Below, piece after piece: positions 9,910-19,603 of a stretch of DNA of 32,000 bases (positions within the stretch are counted from its first letter, which is position 1; each line of letters opens with the position of its first letter). The stretch comes from Alkanindiges sp. WGS2144. Lineage in GTDB: Bacteria > Pseudomonadota > Gammaproteobacteria > Pseudomonadales > Moraxellaceae. Position numbers and translations under genes: made by a program. The notes under the pieces are model-generated. The model was not told the origin of the DNA. It saw only the letters and a program-made list of their open reading frames with translations, and made no database searches. The DNA lies in the NCBI RefSeq assembly GCF_043950625.1, contig NZ_CP171007.1; one strand, written 5' to 3'.

Positions 9910-10668
9910 ATGGTTGAGTTAAATCAATTAATTGCATGGTGTAATCAGAGTCTGAACACCGGGGTATTTAAGGATTATTGTCCCAATGGCTTGCAGGTCG
10001 AAGGTCGCAAACAGGTCAGCAAGCTAATCACAGCAGTGACCGCTTCACAGGAAGTCATTGATTATGCAGTGAGCCAGCAGGCTGACGCACTTCTGGTGCA
10101 TCATGGCTACTTCTGGAAAGGCGAGCCTGCACCCTTAACCGGTATAAAAGGTCAGCGTATCAAGACCCTCATGCAGCATGATATCTCGCTGATTGCCTAC
10201 CATTTGCCGCTGGATGCCCACCCGGTTTTGGGCAACAATGCTGCACTGGCCGACTTGCTGGATATTCAAATTAACGGCGCACTTGATCCCAGTGAAGCTC
10301 AGCCGATTGGCAATATTGGTCAATTAGCTCAGCCTGTGACGGTAGAACAATTTATCCAGCATCTAACCAGCAAGCTCAACCGTGCGCCACTTCACCTGCC
10401 AGGACATACCCCTACTCTTCAAAAAATTGGTTTTTGCACGGGCGCTGCACAGGACTTTTTATATAAAGCCGCTGAGCGAGGCTGTGATGCCTATATTTCC
10501 GGGGAAGTGAGCGAACGCACCTATCATGAGGCGAGAGAGCTGGGTATCCATTATTTTGCCTGTGGCCACCATGCTACCGAACGGGGTGGTGTACAAAAGC
10601 TCGGTCAGGCGCTGGCACAGCAGTTTGAACTTCAGGTTGGTTTTGCTGACTTTAATAACCCGGTTTAG
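9910..10668 (+). CDS. ybgI: Nif3-family dinuclear metal-centre protein (YbgI / GTP cyclohydrolase 1 type 2 homologue)
   Basis: 252 aa. PNGLQVEG...VTAS...LLVHHGYFWKGE...YHLPLDAHPVLGNN matches E. coli YbgI. Confidence 0.88.
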   Translation: MVELNQLIAWCNQSLNTGVFKDYCPNGLQVEGRKQVSKLITAVTASQEVIDYAVSQQADALLVHHGYFWKGEPAPLTGIKGQRIKTLMQHDISLIAYHLPLDAHPVLGNNAALADLLDIQINGALDPSEAQPIGNIGQLAQPVTVEQFIQHLTSKLNRAPLHLPGHTPTLQKIGFCTGAAQDFLYKAAERGCDAYISGEVSERTYHEARELGIHYFACGHHATERGGVQKLGQALAQQFELQVGFADFNNPV

Positions 10669-10903
10669 CTTCATAAGCTGCTTAGACTACCTGTTTTTGG
10701 CTGGCCTGTTTTGCTCTGCCAGGCATTTATTGCCCAGCTATAGGTTTTGCGGCTTTAGCTTGTTCAGTTTTTGGTCTTTTAATACCAAACTACTAAACTT
10801 TTGGGCTTTGCCCAGCTACGCTTGCATGCCATACTTGGAATACGCTTTTAACTAAAACCCACTGTTTTAAAAACAGTTTCCCAGCAACAGCAAGGAATCT
10901 ATC

Positions 10904-11539
10904 ATGTCAGAGATTACTCTACCGTCATTACCGTATGCTTACGATGCCCTTGAGCCACATATCAGCAAAGAAACACTGGAATTTCACCACGACAAACACC
11001 ATCAGGCATATGTAACCAACCTGAATAACCTGATCAAAGGCACCGACCTTGAAGGCAAAGAGCTGGATGAAATTATCCGTGCTACAGCTGGTGATGCAGC
11101 CGACCCCAGCAAAGCCGGAATTTTTAACAACGCGGCTCAAGTATGGAATCATACTTTTTACTGGAACTGCATGGCTAAAAACGGTGGCGGCAAGCCAACT
11201 GGCGCAGTGAGTGAAAAAATTGATGCCGCTTTTGGCAGCTACGAAAAATTTGTAGAAGAATTTACCAAAGCAGCAACCACCCAATTTGGTTCTGGCTGGG
11301 CATGGCTGGTCGCTGATGAAATCAATGGCAACCTGTCCGTTATGAAAACACCGAATGGTGATAACCCAATGGCGCATGGCAAGCTGGCTATTTTGACCAT
11401 TGATGTATGGGAACATGCTTATTACATCGACTTCCGCAATGCACGCCCTAAATACATTGAAACCTTTATCAATCACCTGATTAACTGGGATTATGTCAAT
11501 GCCAAACTAGCAGGTCAGCCTGCTGGCGTTGAAAAATAA
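10904..11539 (+). CDS. sodB: Superoxide dismutase [Fe]
   Basis: LPSLPYAYDALEPHISKETLEFHHDKHHQAYV and DVWEHAYYIDFRNARP. Fe-type residues. AAGGAA Shine-Dalgarno. Confidence 0.95.
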   Translation: MSEITLPSLPYAYDALEPHISKETLEFHHDKHHQAYVTNLNNLIKGTDLEGKELDEIIRATAGDAADPSKAGIFNNAAQVWNHTFYWNCMAKNGGGKPTGAVSEKIDAAFGSYEKFVEEFTKAATTQFGSGWAWLVADEINGNLSVMKTPNGDNPMAHGKLAILTIDVWEHAYYIDFRNARPKYIETFINHLINWDYVNAKLAGQPAGVEK

Positions 11540-11555
11540 GCATCCGTTTGTGTGC

Positions 11556-11587
11556 AAAAAACAGGTCTAATTGGCCTGTTTTTTTAC
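11556..11587 (+). terminator. Rho-independent terminator of sodB
   Basis: AAAAAACAGG-TCTAATTGG-CCTGTTTTTTT. Confidence 0.7.
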
Positions 11588-11703
11588 GCCTTTATTTTAT
11601 GATGCCTCACAGGGGTGAGCTTTTTTACCGAACCTATCTATAAACCATTCACCTTGTTTTCCTATAATTTGCCCAGAAAATTGATACCACATTTATTTAT
11701 ACT

Positions 11704-12720
11704 ATGCCCAGAAATACCCCTTTTAGCCTTTGCAGCTTAATGCTCAGTCTGACGCTATTATCTGGCTGCACGCATGCCCCTTTGTCTCCTACCCCTCCGA
11801 ACATAAGCCTGCCCTACGCCCGGGAACATGCACTGCAACAAGACAAAAAGGCGTTACGTCAACGTGTAAGCAAGGATCAGCCGCTGATTGCCCTGGTCCT
11901 CGGCAGTGGCGGGGCACGCGGTTATGCCCATATTGGTGTAATTCGTATGCTGGAAGCCTATGGCATTCGCCCACACTTTATTGTTGGTACCAGCGCTGGC
12001 AGTATCGTGGCAACCCTGTATGCCAGCGGTAAAAATGCTGATCAGATGGAAAAAGTGGCCAGCATGCTAAAAGGCTCGGATGTCCGGGATATTACCCTCA
12101 GCAAACAGGGTTTTTTTAACAGCAAAAAGGTAGAAGATTTTGTTAACAAACAGGTCGATAACCGCTTGCTTGAGCAGTTGCCTATTCCGGTATTTGTGGT
12201 GGCGACCGAACTAAAAAACGGCACCAGAACCGTATTTAATCATGGCAATACCGGACAGGCGGTAAGTGCTTCTGTGGCCATACCCAGCATGTTTGTTCCG
12301 GTACGAATTGACAACCGCCAATATGTGGACGGAGGACTTATTAGCCCCGTACCGGTGGAAGTTGCCCGCAACTTGGGAGCTGACCTGATTATTGCGGTAA
12401 ACATTCTGGCACAGCCGGAAAATACTGCTACCACTAATATATGGGGTTTATTTAATCAGAATATTAATGTGATGCAAAACCGACTGGCGGCTTATGAGTT
12501 AAAAGAAGCCGATGTAGTGATTCAGCCCAATATCAAGGAAAAAGCCCATATATTTTCTCTGGGCTCACGCAACCAGACTATCATTGCAGGCGAAGAAGCT
12601 ACCCTGTTCCAAATGGATAAAATACAATATGAAATTAGCAAGGCACAGGAAAAAATCAGACGAGAAAATGCTGTTTATCCTCCAGCAAAGCAGCTAGAAA
12701 CTGTATTATCAAAACCATAA
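11704..12720 (+). CDS. Patatin-like phospholipase family lipoprotein (RssA-like)
   Basis: Lipobox LLSGC. Oxyanion motif GSGGARG, nucleophile elbow GTSAGS and catalytic DGG (YVDGGL). Confidence 0.85.
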   Translation: MPRNTPFSLCSLMLSLTLLSGCTHAPLSPTPPNISLPYAREHALQQDKKALRQRVSKDQPLIALVLGSGGARGYAHIGVIRMLEAYGIRPHFIVGTSAGSIVATLYASGKNADQMEKVASMLKGSDVRDITLSKQGFFNSKKVEDFVNKQVDNRLLEQLPIPVFVVATELKNGTRTVFNHGNTGQAVSASVAIPSMFVPVRIDNRQYVDGGLISPVPVEVARNLGADLIIAVNILAQPENTATTNIWGLFNQNINVMQNRLAAYELKEADVVIQPNIKEKAHIFSLGSRNQTIIAGEEATLFQMDKIQYEISKAQEKIRRENAVYPPAKQLETVLSKP

Positions 12721-12836
12721 TGACATCATCTTTAGTAAGCGATTTCCTAAATGGCTGGCAGTTTAAGCACAGACCATGTTAAAACTTCAACTGCTGAAGT
12801 GGTTTAATCCTTTTTTATTTATTTTTATTAATAGCT

Positions 12837-13316
12837 ATGAGTAGAGCCCCTTATATTACCCCAAAAGGTTATCAACACTTGTCAGATGAATTAAGTTATC
12901 TTTTGCGTGTCCGTCGCCCGGAACTCACCCGGGCGGTGAGCGAAGCTGCTGCTTTGGGTGACCGCTCAGAAAATGCTGAATACATTTATGGCAAAAAACT
13001 ACTGCGGGAAACCGACCGGCGCATCCGATTTTTACAAAAAAGATTGCCCGAGTTGCAAGTTGTTAATCGCCTCCCGGACCAAGCAGAGCGGATTTTCTTC
13101 GGCGCGTTTGTAGAACTGGAAGATGAACAGGGAGAGATTTTAAATATCCGGATCGTCGGTTCAGATGAATTTATACCAGAAAAACATTGGATTAGCATTG
13201 AATCGCCACTGGCGCGTGCCTTGCTAGGCAAACAAGTGGATGATGAAGTCAAGGTAAATTTACCCAACAATAACACGGCGTCATATATTGTCGTGCAAGT
13301 TTCATACAAAAATTGA
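12837..13316 (+). CDS. greB: Transcription elongation factor GreB
   Basis: 159 aa. LGDRSENAEYIYGKKLLRETDRRIRFL and SIESPLARALLGK match GreB rather than GreA. Confidence 0.9.
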   Translation: MSRAPYITPKGYQHLSDELSYLLRVRRPELTRAVSEAAALGDRSENAEYIYGKKLLRETDRRIRFLQKRLPELQVVNRLPDQAERIFFGAFVELEDEQGEILNIRIVGSDEFIPEKHWISIESPLARALLGKQVDDEVKVNLPNNNTASYIVVQVSYKN

Positions 13317-13520
13317 CAAACCTGATTTAAAAGTCTAGTATTCTCAGCTCACAAATTAACCAAACCGCTATTAAGTTGTAACAACCCGTAAAATTTAGTT
13401 TTTCAAAAAGGAATTTCTTCCCTTTGTCGTCTGGAATGACGTCATGCGATGCCGTAATCACATTCTATAGTCACGTGAGAGCAGGACTGCTTGGTGACTT
13501 AGCGTAAGATGGAGTCACCC

Positions 13521-14627
13521 ATGCGCCATAACCCCGACGGTTCGAAAGCTGTTGGCTCAACCCGACTTGCTTCTACATTGCGTCTAGCAGCACTTTCTAC
13601 CGTATTTCTCCCACTACACAGTTTTAGTAATGCACCCGTTACCCAATACGACCGCATGTTAAGCAACAAAACCCTGACCGTGGTCAGCGTTCCAGGTAGT
13701 AGCACCTTCTTTAACGAAGATCAGTTCCTGCATGGTTTTGGCTACGACCTGGCACGTGCCTATGCATTGGACTTAAACGTTAGCTTTAAATTTAAAACAG
13801 CAAAAAGCACCAGCGCCGCGCTGGATATGGTTAAAAAAGGGCAAGCTGATTTTGCCCTGACCACTGCATTACCAAAAACCATTGAGGCAAAATCCCTCAT
13901 TGCACTCAACGTAAGCTGTGGTGACATCAAAACACTTCAGCAGCATGGCCTGGATACCAACCTGAGCTGGGCATTTAAGGATGCAACCGATCCACTGGCC
14001 GCTGCTGCCAACGGCTTTATTTGTAACACCAAGCAGCAGGGTAAACTGTCCAGAATGGCAGCGTTTTATGATCGCAATGTGATGAATAATTATGCCAAAC
14101 AGGCATTTTATAAAGACATCACCACACGTTTGCCAGTTTATAAAGCCAGTTTCCAAAAAACTGCCAAGCAACATAAGCTGGACTGGCATTTGCTGGCCGC
14201 TATCGGTTATCAGGAGTCGTATCTTAATCCGGCCTCAGTGTCGCCAACTGGTGTAACTGGCTTAATGATGCTAACGCAAAATACCGCTAAAGCCATGGGC
14301 GTTGCTGACCGCCGTGATCCGGTACAAAGCATTCAGGGCGGCGGGCAGTATTTTCGCCTAATGCTCACCCAGTACAAAGCAGTGCCTGAAGCTGACCGTT
14401 TATGGTTTGCGCTAGCTGCTTATAATATGGGTCCAGGGGCACTGGATAATGTCAGAAAGCTGGTAAAACGTAGCGGCAGAAATCCCAACAACTGGGTGGA
14501 TGTGTACGCTTACTTGTCCAGTCATAGCAAAGCCAATCCGCGTTATAAACAATGCATGACCTATGTAACACGCATCCGTGCTTATCTGGAAAACATTAAA
14601 CAGGATCAAAAACTGGCACGTATTTAA
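13521..14627 (+). CDS. MltF-like lytic transglycosylase (shortened periplasmic-binding-like N-domain plus SLT domain)
   Basis: SLT catalytic block LLAAIGYQESYLNPASVSPTGVTGLMMLT, and AYNMGPG. The N-terminal half resembles the SBP_bac_3-like domain of MltF. ATG 13521 (GGAG 6 nt upstream) is preferred over ATG 13509. Confidence 0.8.
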   Translation: MRHNPDGSKAVGSTRLASTLRLAALSTVFLPLHSFSNAPVTQYDRMLSNKTLTVVSVPGSSTFFNEDQFLHGFGYDLARAYALDLNVSFKFKTAKSTSAALDMVKKGQADFALTTALPKTIEAKSLIALNVSCGDIKTLQQHGLDTNLSWAFKDATDPLAAAANGFICNTKQQGKLSRMAAFYDRNVMNNYAKQAFYKDITTRLPVYKASFQKTAKQHKLDWHLLAAIGYQESYLNPASVSPTGVTGLMMLTQNTAKAMGVADRRDPVQSIQGGGQYFRLMLTQYKAVPEADRLWFALAAYNMGPGALDNVRKLVKRSGRNPNNWVDVYAYLSSHSKANPRYKQCMTYVTRIRAYLENIKQDQKLARI

Positions 14628-14713
14628 CAACCCCATACCTAAGTGGTTCAGCGTGTCAGCGCTTGTGCTCCTACTTGTTCTGAACTACCGCATAAAACCC
14701 ATCAAAGCGATCT

Positions 14714-14740
14714 AAAAAAGGCCAGTATTTTTTACTGGCC
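14714..14740 (-). terminator. Rho-independent terminator of serC
   Basis: Perfect 8-bp stem GGCCAGTA/TACTGGCC with a 5-nt loop. On the minus strand it is followed by TTTTTT. Confidence 0.8.
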
Positions 14741-14765
14741 GATGCTGCAAACTGGCTGTGTTGAA

Positions 14766-15845
14766 TTAGCCGTGTTTTTTGGCAAATTCCTGCATAAAGT
14801 TCACCAGTGCCTGTACGCCTGCCAAAGGTACAGCATTATAAATACTGGCACGCATGCCCCCTACTGAACGATGACCGGCCAGATTTAGCAAACCTGCCTC
14901 TTCGGCTTCTTTCAGGAATACTTTCTCCACACTGCTGTCTTTTAAAGTAAATGGCACGTTCATGATTGAACGGTTCTGTGGTGCAATGGGATTAGCATAA
15001 AATTCGCTTTGGTCAATATAACCGTATAACAGGTGCGCTTTTTGCAGGTTAACCTGATGAATGGCCTCTACGCCGCCCTGCTCCAGTAACCACTCAAATA
15101 CCAGCCCAGATAAATACCAGGCAAAGGTCGCAGGCGTATTTACCATGGAGTCATTTTTGGCCTGGTCAGAGTATCTTAAAATACTGGGAATGTCTGAACG
15201 TGCCTGATCCAGTAAATCCTCGCGCACAATCACAATGGTTAAACCAGCTGGACCAATGTTCTTTTGTGCCCCGGCATAAACAATACCAAACTTACTCACG
15301 TCAAGCGGTGCAGACAATATACTGGATGAAAAATCTGCCACCAGCGGTGCCTGACTATGGGGAATAGAATCAAACTGCAAGCCCCCAATGGTTTCATTGT
15401 CCACATAATGCAAATACGCAGCATTATCGCTTAACTGCCATTCACTTTGCGGGGCAATGGCATGTTTACCCTCAACCGTGCGCCCGGCTTCAATCACATT
15501 AATATCACCGTAGCGCTGGGCTTCTTTTAATGCTTTTTCTGACCAGATACCAGTATGTACATAATCAGCACAGGTATTTTTACCCAGCAAATTAAGTGGA
15601 ATGGCAGAAAACTGCAAGCTGGCGCCACCCTGTAAAAATAACACTTTATAGTTCTCAGGAATATTCAGCAGCTTGCGTAGATCTGCCTCAGCCTTGTGAG
15701 CAACCTCTACATAATCGCTGCTACGGTGACTCATTTCCATAATGGACAGGCCGCGACCATGCCAGTCAGCCAGCTCTTGCTGGGCACGCTCAAGTACAGG
15801 GGTGGGTAATGCCGCAGGGCCAGCGCAAAAGTTATACGCGCGCAT
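14766..15845 (-). CDS. serC: 3-phosphoserine/phosphohydroxythreonine aminotransferase
   Basis: 359 aa. [18 protein letters not shown], and [12 protein letters not shown] (PLP lysine context). Confidence 0.95.
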   Translation of the reverse strand: MRAYNFCAGPAALPTPVLERAQQELADWHGRGLSIMEMSHRSSDYVEVAHKAEADLRKLLNIPENYKVLFLQGGASLQFSAIPLNLLGKNTCADYVHTGIWSEKALKEAQRYGDINVIEAGRTVEGKHAIAPQSEWQLSDNAAYLHYVDNETIGGLQFDSIPHSQAPLVADFSSSILSAPLDVSKFGIVYAGAQKNIGPAGLTIVIVREDLLDQARSDIPSILRYSDQAKNDSMVNTPATFAWYLSGLVFEWLLEQGGVEAIHQVNLQKAHLLYGYIDQSEFYANPIAPQNRSIMNVPFTLKDSSVEKVFLKEAEEAGLLNLAGHRSVGGMRASIYNAVPLAGVQALVNFMQEFAKKHG

Positions 15846-16065
15846 GAGTATTCCTTAATAAAAACAAGAAAAAAGAAGCACTATTTAAGCATACTTTGTC
15901 GCCTGTAAGTAGAGTGGGCTTAATCAAACAAAAGATAATTCTTAAAAGTAAAAATGATATATCTGTCTAAATTTGCTGGCTAATAGCGTGCTAGATCACT
16001 ATGAAATTTTTATATTTATTTAGGGCGTATTGATCATTTAAATGACTTATCAAGGACTTACCCAT

Positions 16066-16097
16066 AAAAAAAGACGCCCCGGAATGAGCGTCTTTTT
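16066..16097 (-). terminator. Rho-independent terminator of gyrA
   Basis: AAGACGC-(10 nt)-GCGTCTT flanked by an A-run and a T-run. On the minus strand it is followed by TTTTTTT, 41 nt after the gyrA stop. Confidence 0.8.
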
Positions 16098-16137
16098 ACA
16101 GTATACTGGTTTAAATCTGCTAAGATTCTAGCCAAGC

Positions 16138-19137
16138 TTACTCAGGCTGGGTAGTTACTGCATGATCATCCTCAGCTTGCGCCCCACGTTCGCTGTCATT
16201 CTCATCTGCTGGTGATTGCTCATCCAGCGGTTCCAGCGCGTCGTCGTCAGCCAAATCATCTACCGAAACTACGCCTACCAATACCTCATCCTCACCAATA
16301 CGAATCAGGCGTACGCCCTGCGCATTACGACCAGTGGTTGCAATCTCGGCTGCACGGGTACGCACCAGTGTGCCACCATTTGAAATCAGTAACAACTCAT
16401 GGCGCTCATCAATTGAAACTGCGCCAATCAACTCGCCATTGCGCTCACTGGTTTTAATGGCAATAACACCTTTCCCACCACGCTTCTTGGTAGGATAATC
16501 ACCAACCGGAGTACGCTTACCATAACCATTGGCACAGGCTGTCAGTACTTCACCGTTCTCTGGTACGACCACCAACGATACAATACGGGCATTATCTGCT
16601 ACTACACTGTCATCGCTATCGTCCTGATCATCTTTCTCTGGCAAGTCCTCCTGATCCAGTTCCTGATTACCACCAATTCGCATACCGCGCACACCCTTGG
16701 CCGTACGCCCCATGACCCGCGCGTCGGTTTCAGCAAAGCGGATTGCCTTACCTTCATTGGAAAACAGCATGATTTGCTGCTCACCATCAGTAATGGCAAC
16801 ACCAATCAGGGTATCTTCACCATTTAGCTCAATAGCACGCAAACCATTTGAGCGAACGTTGCTGAACTGTTCCAGTTCGACCCGTTTTACCGTACCGCAC
16901 TGGGTTGCCATAAACACATAGTAATTTTTAACAATGTTTTCTACCTGCTCGGCAAATTGCACAAGTACTGTAGATTCAGCATCAGCAGGCGTCTGGCTAC
17001 TTAGCTGATTACTCAATTCAGCATGCAAAGATTTAAGCGGCTCTTTTAAATTCTCTGGTATTTCATCCACGCTCTCCTCGCTCAAGGTTGAGAGAATGGT
17101 TTCAAGTTGAGTGACCTGACCAGCGATTGATGTGATTGCCTGCAATGCTGCACTTTGTGCTTTGACAAAGGCTTTGAAGTTAACAAAACGCTCTTTAAAT
17201 TTCTTGGGCGCAGCAATGAGTGGCAAAATGGCGGTAATCGTTTCAGTGGCTTCAAGTGGCAATAAATTAACCATCGGACGGCCACGTGAACCACGCGATG
17301 CCTGAGGCACCTCATACACTTTTAGGCTGTAAACCTTACCCACATTGGTAAAGCACAGTACAGTGGCATGGTTGGAAGTGACAATTAAATGCTGAATGAA
17401 ATCATCTTCCTTCATGCTGGTAGCAGACTTGCCTCGGCCACCACGACGCTGGGCGGCATAATCAGACAGTGGCTGGGTCTTGGCATAGCCAGCGCTGGAT
17501 ACGGTCAATACTACCTGCTCTTCAGGGATTAAATCTTCCCGGGTAAAATCAACACCAGACTCGATAATTTCTGTACGGCGGGCATCACCATACTGCTCCA
17601 GTACAGCTCGCAACTCTTGACGAATGACATCCATTAATAGCTCAAAGCTGTCCAAAATAGCCTGTAACTCAGCAATCTGTCCAAGAATTTCACTGTATTC
17701 GGCCAGCAGCTTGTCCTGCTCCAGACCAGTCAGGCGATGCAGGCGCAACTCTAAAATTGCAGCCACCTGTGCCGGTGACAAACGGTACTGATCACCTGTT
17801 AAACCAAATGGCTTAGTTAAATCCTCACCTTCAATTTCCTCAGGACGAACCGATTGATGACCTGATTTTTCAAGCAGCGCCAGAACTCCACCAGCCTGCC
17901 ACTGCTTGGCCAGTAAACGCTCACGCGCTTCTGATGGGCTGGATGAAGTTTTGATGGTATCGATAATCTCGTCGATATTAGCCAGGGCAACCGCCAGCCC
18001 TTCTAAAATATGACCACGCTCGCGGGCTTTACGCAGCTCAAACATGGTGCGACGTGTAACCACTTCCTGACGATGACGAATAAACGCCGCAATCAGGTCT
18101 TTTAGGTTCATCAATTTAGGCTGGCCATTGTCCAGGCAAACCATGTTAATGCTAAAAGAAGACTGTAACGGCGTATGCAGGAACAGATTATTGACAATAA
18201 TTTCGGCGTTTTCACCGCGTTTTAGGTCAATCGCTACCCGCATGCCTTCCTTATCGGATTCGTCGCGTAGCTCACTAATGCCTTCAAGTTTTTTCTCTTT
18301 AACCAGTTCAGCAATGCGCTCAATGACCTTGGCTTTATTGGCCTGATAAGGAATCTCAGTAAAAACAATAGTGGTACGGCCGCTTTTTTCATCTTCTTCA
18401 AAATGATACTTGCCACGAATATGCAAGCGGCCTTTACCGGTACGATAGGCGTCCACAATACCGGCTTTACCATAAATAATACCGCCTGTTGGAAAATCAG
18501 GGCCGCTAATATGCTCCATTAGGCCTTCAATACTGATCTGGCTGTCATCTACATAGGCCAGACAGGCATTAATGACTTCAGTCATGTTGTGCGGCGCCAT
18601 GTTGGTCGCCATACCTACCGCAATACCAGCAGCACCGTTAATCAGCAAATTGGGAATGCGGGTTGGTAGTACCTGCGGAATACGCTCAGAACCGTCGTAG
18701 TTTTCTTCCCAGTCAACGGTATCTTTTTCTAAATCTGCCAGCAACTCATGCGTCAAACGAGTCATACGCACTTCGGTATAACGCATGGCTGCCGCACTAT
18801 CACCATCTACCGAACCAAAGTTACCCTGACCATCAACCAGCAAATAACGCAGGCTAAAATCCTGTGCCATACGCACAATGGTTTCATAGACAGCGGAATC
18901 ACCATGCGGGTGATATTTACCAATAACATCGCCAACCACCCGGGCAGATTTCTTGTAGGCTTTATTATAGTCGTTACCCAGCACGTGCATGGCAAACAAT
19001 ACGCGACGGTGCACTGGCTTTAGGCCATCCCGTACATCCGGCAAAGCGCGTGACACAATCACGCTCATGGCATAGTCAAGATAAGAATGCTTGAGTTCAT
19101 CCTCAATCGCAATCGGTAGAATTTCCGATACGCTCAT
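16138..19137 (-). CDS. gyrA: DNA gyrase subunit A (unusually long, 999 aa)
   Basis: Full-length GyrA. QRDR is [19 protein letters not shown], the catalytic Tyr context is AAMRYTE, and the GyrA-box is QRRGGRGK. Carries two insertions in the C-terminal domain (see findings). Confidence 0.97.
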   Translation of the reverse strand: MSVSEILPIAIEDELKHSYLDYAMSVIVSRALPDVRDGLKPVHRRVLFAMHVLGNDYNKAYKKSARVVGDVIGKYHPHGDSAVYETIVRMAQDFSLRYLLVDGQGNFGSVDGDSAAAMRYTEVRMTRLTHELLADLEKDTVDWEENYDGSERIPQVLPTRIPNLLINGAAGIAVGMATNMAPHNMTEVINACLAYVDDSQISIEGLMEHISGPDFPTGGIIYGKAGIVDAYRTGKGRLHIRGKYHFEEDEKSGRTTIVFTEIPYQANKAKVIERIAELVKEKKLEGISELRDESDKEGMRVAIDLKRGENAEIIVNNLFLHTPLQSSFSINMVCLDNGQPKLMNLKDLIAAFIRHRQEVVTRRTMFELRKARERGHILEGLAVALANIDEIIDTIKTSSSPSEARERLLAKQWQAGGVLALLEKSGHQSVRPEEIEGEDLTKPFGLTGDQYRLSPAQVAAILELRLHRLTGLEQDKLLAEYSEILGQIAELQAILDSFELLMDVIRQELRAVLEQYGDARRTEIIESGVDFTREDLIPEEQVVLTVSSAGYAKTQPLSDYAAQRRGGRGKSATSMKEDDFIQHLIVTSNHATVLCFTNVGKVYSLKVYEVPQASRGSRGRPMVNLLPLEATETITAILPLIAAPKKFKERFVNFKAFVKAQSAALQAITSIAGQVTQLETILSTLSEESVDEIPENLKEPLKSLHAELSNQLSSQTPADAESTVLVQFAEQVENIVKNYYVFMATQCGTVKRVELEQFSNVRSNGLRAIELNGEDTLIGVAITDGEQQIMLFSNEGKAIRFAETDARVMGRTAKGVRGMRIGGNQELDQEDLPEKDDQDDSDDSVVADNARIVSLVVVPENGEVLTACANGYGKRTPVGDYPTKKRGGKGVIAIKTSERNGELIGAVSIDERHELLLISNGGTLVRTRAAEIATTGRNAQGVRLIRIGEDEVLVGVVSVDDLADDDALEPLDEQSPADENDSERGAQAEDDHAVTTQPE

Positions 19138-19518
19138 GCCTACTCCTTTTATGGCTTCTGGCCTTATAAATCTATCAATATAAAATCAAGCAAAAATCAG
19201 CCCTTAAGGTAAATTTTAGCCCAAAATAAAACTGACAAAATTTTACCATAAATCAACTATTTTAGCCCGTCCATTGTCTAAAAAAGCAACAAAAACCTGA
19301 TATATGAGTTAGAATTTATTATTTCAAAATCAATCTATTAGAATATAAATTATTTGAGTTTACATTTTCATACCATTTTTAAAATCACATTCATTTAACC
19401 ACAAACTAGAGCTTTGTATTTTAATATCTTTTTCAATTAATTTTTAACTTTGGATATTTATTAAAATGATATAGGTTTAATATTCAAATATTCTCAGCCA
19501 ATAAAAAAGCCCAGGTAA

Positions 19519-19549
19519 TGAAACAGCTTAAGTTTTATTTGCTGTTTCA
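19519..19549 (-). terminator. Possible terminator hairpin after etfA
   Basis: 9-bp stem TGAAACAGC/GCTGTTTCA with a 13-nt loop, 55 nt after the etfA stop. The T-run on the minus strand begins only 9 nt later, so this is non-canonical. Confidence 0.3.
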
Positions 19550-19603
19550 CTACACAGAGCTTCTTTAAGACCTCAATTTCCAGATAGACAAGCTAAATAG
19601 AAA

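Noticed and set aside
10928-11476. 182-aa ORF antisense to sodB. Similar antisense ORFs occur elsewhere (236-589, 1914-2273, 6627-6959, 7931-8308, 8591-8944, 26144-26524 and others).
   Set aside because: Each lies fully inside a well-supported conserved gene on the opposite strand. None has a recognisable domain or a Shine-Dalgarno sequence, and the composition is low-complexity or Cys/His-rich, as is typical of shadow ORFs.
11704-12720. Patatin-like phospholipase as a defence-system effector (CBASS or other)
   Set aside because: It is a stand-alone gene with a lipoprotein signal between sodB and greB. No cyclase, sensor or partner gene is adjacent, and it resembles housekeeping RssA-type patatins.
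13436-13445. 10-bp perfect palindrome ATGACGTCAT upstream of the MltF-like gene. Also TCATTTAAATGA at 16034-16045 upstream of serC.
   Set aside because: These are single short palindromes with no second copy or known cognate regulator in the window. Such palindromes are expected by chance in intergenic DNA.
14643-14688. 9-bp stem GTGGTTCAG/CTGAACTAC after the MltF-like gene, as a possible terminator
   Set aside because: It has a 28-nt loop and no following T-run. The well-formed hairpin at 14720-14740 is oriented for serC. This one is left unannotated.
16921-17220. GyrA insertion as an intein or an inserted mobile element
   Set aside because: There is no Cys/Ser/Thr at the N-terminal junction, no His-Asn plus Cys/Ser/Thr at the C-terminal junction and no endonuclease motifs. 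At 100 aa it is too short, and the frame is continuous. It is treated as a domain insertion instead.
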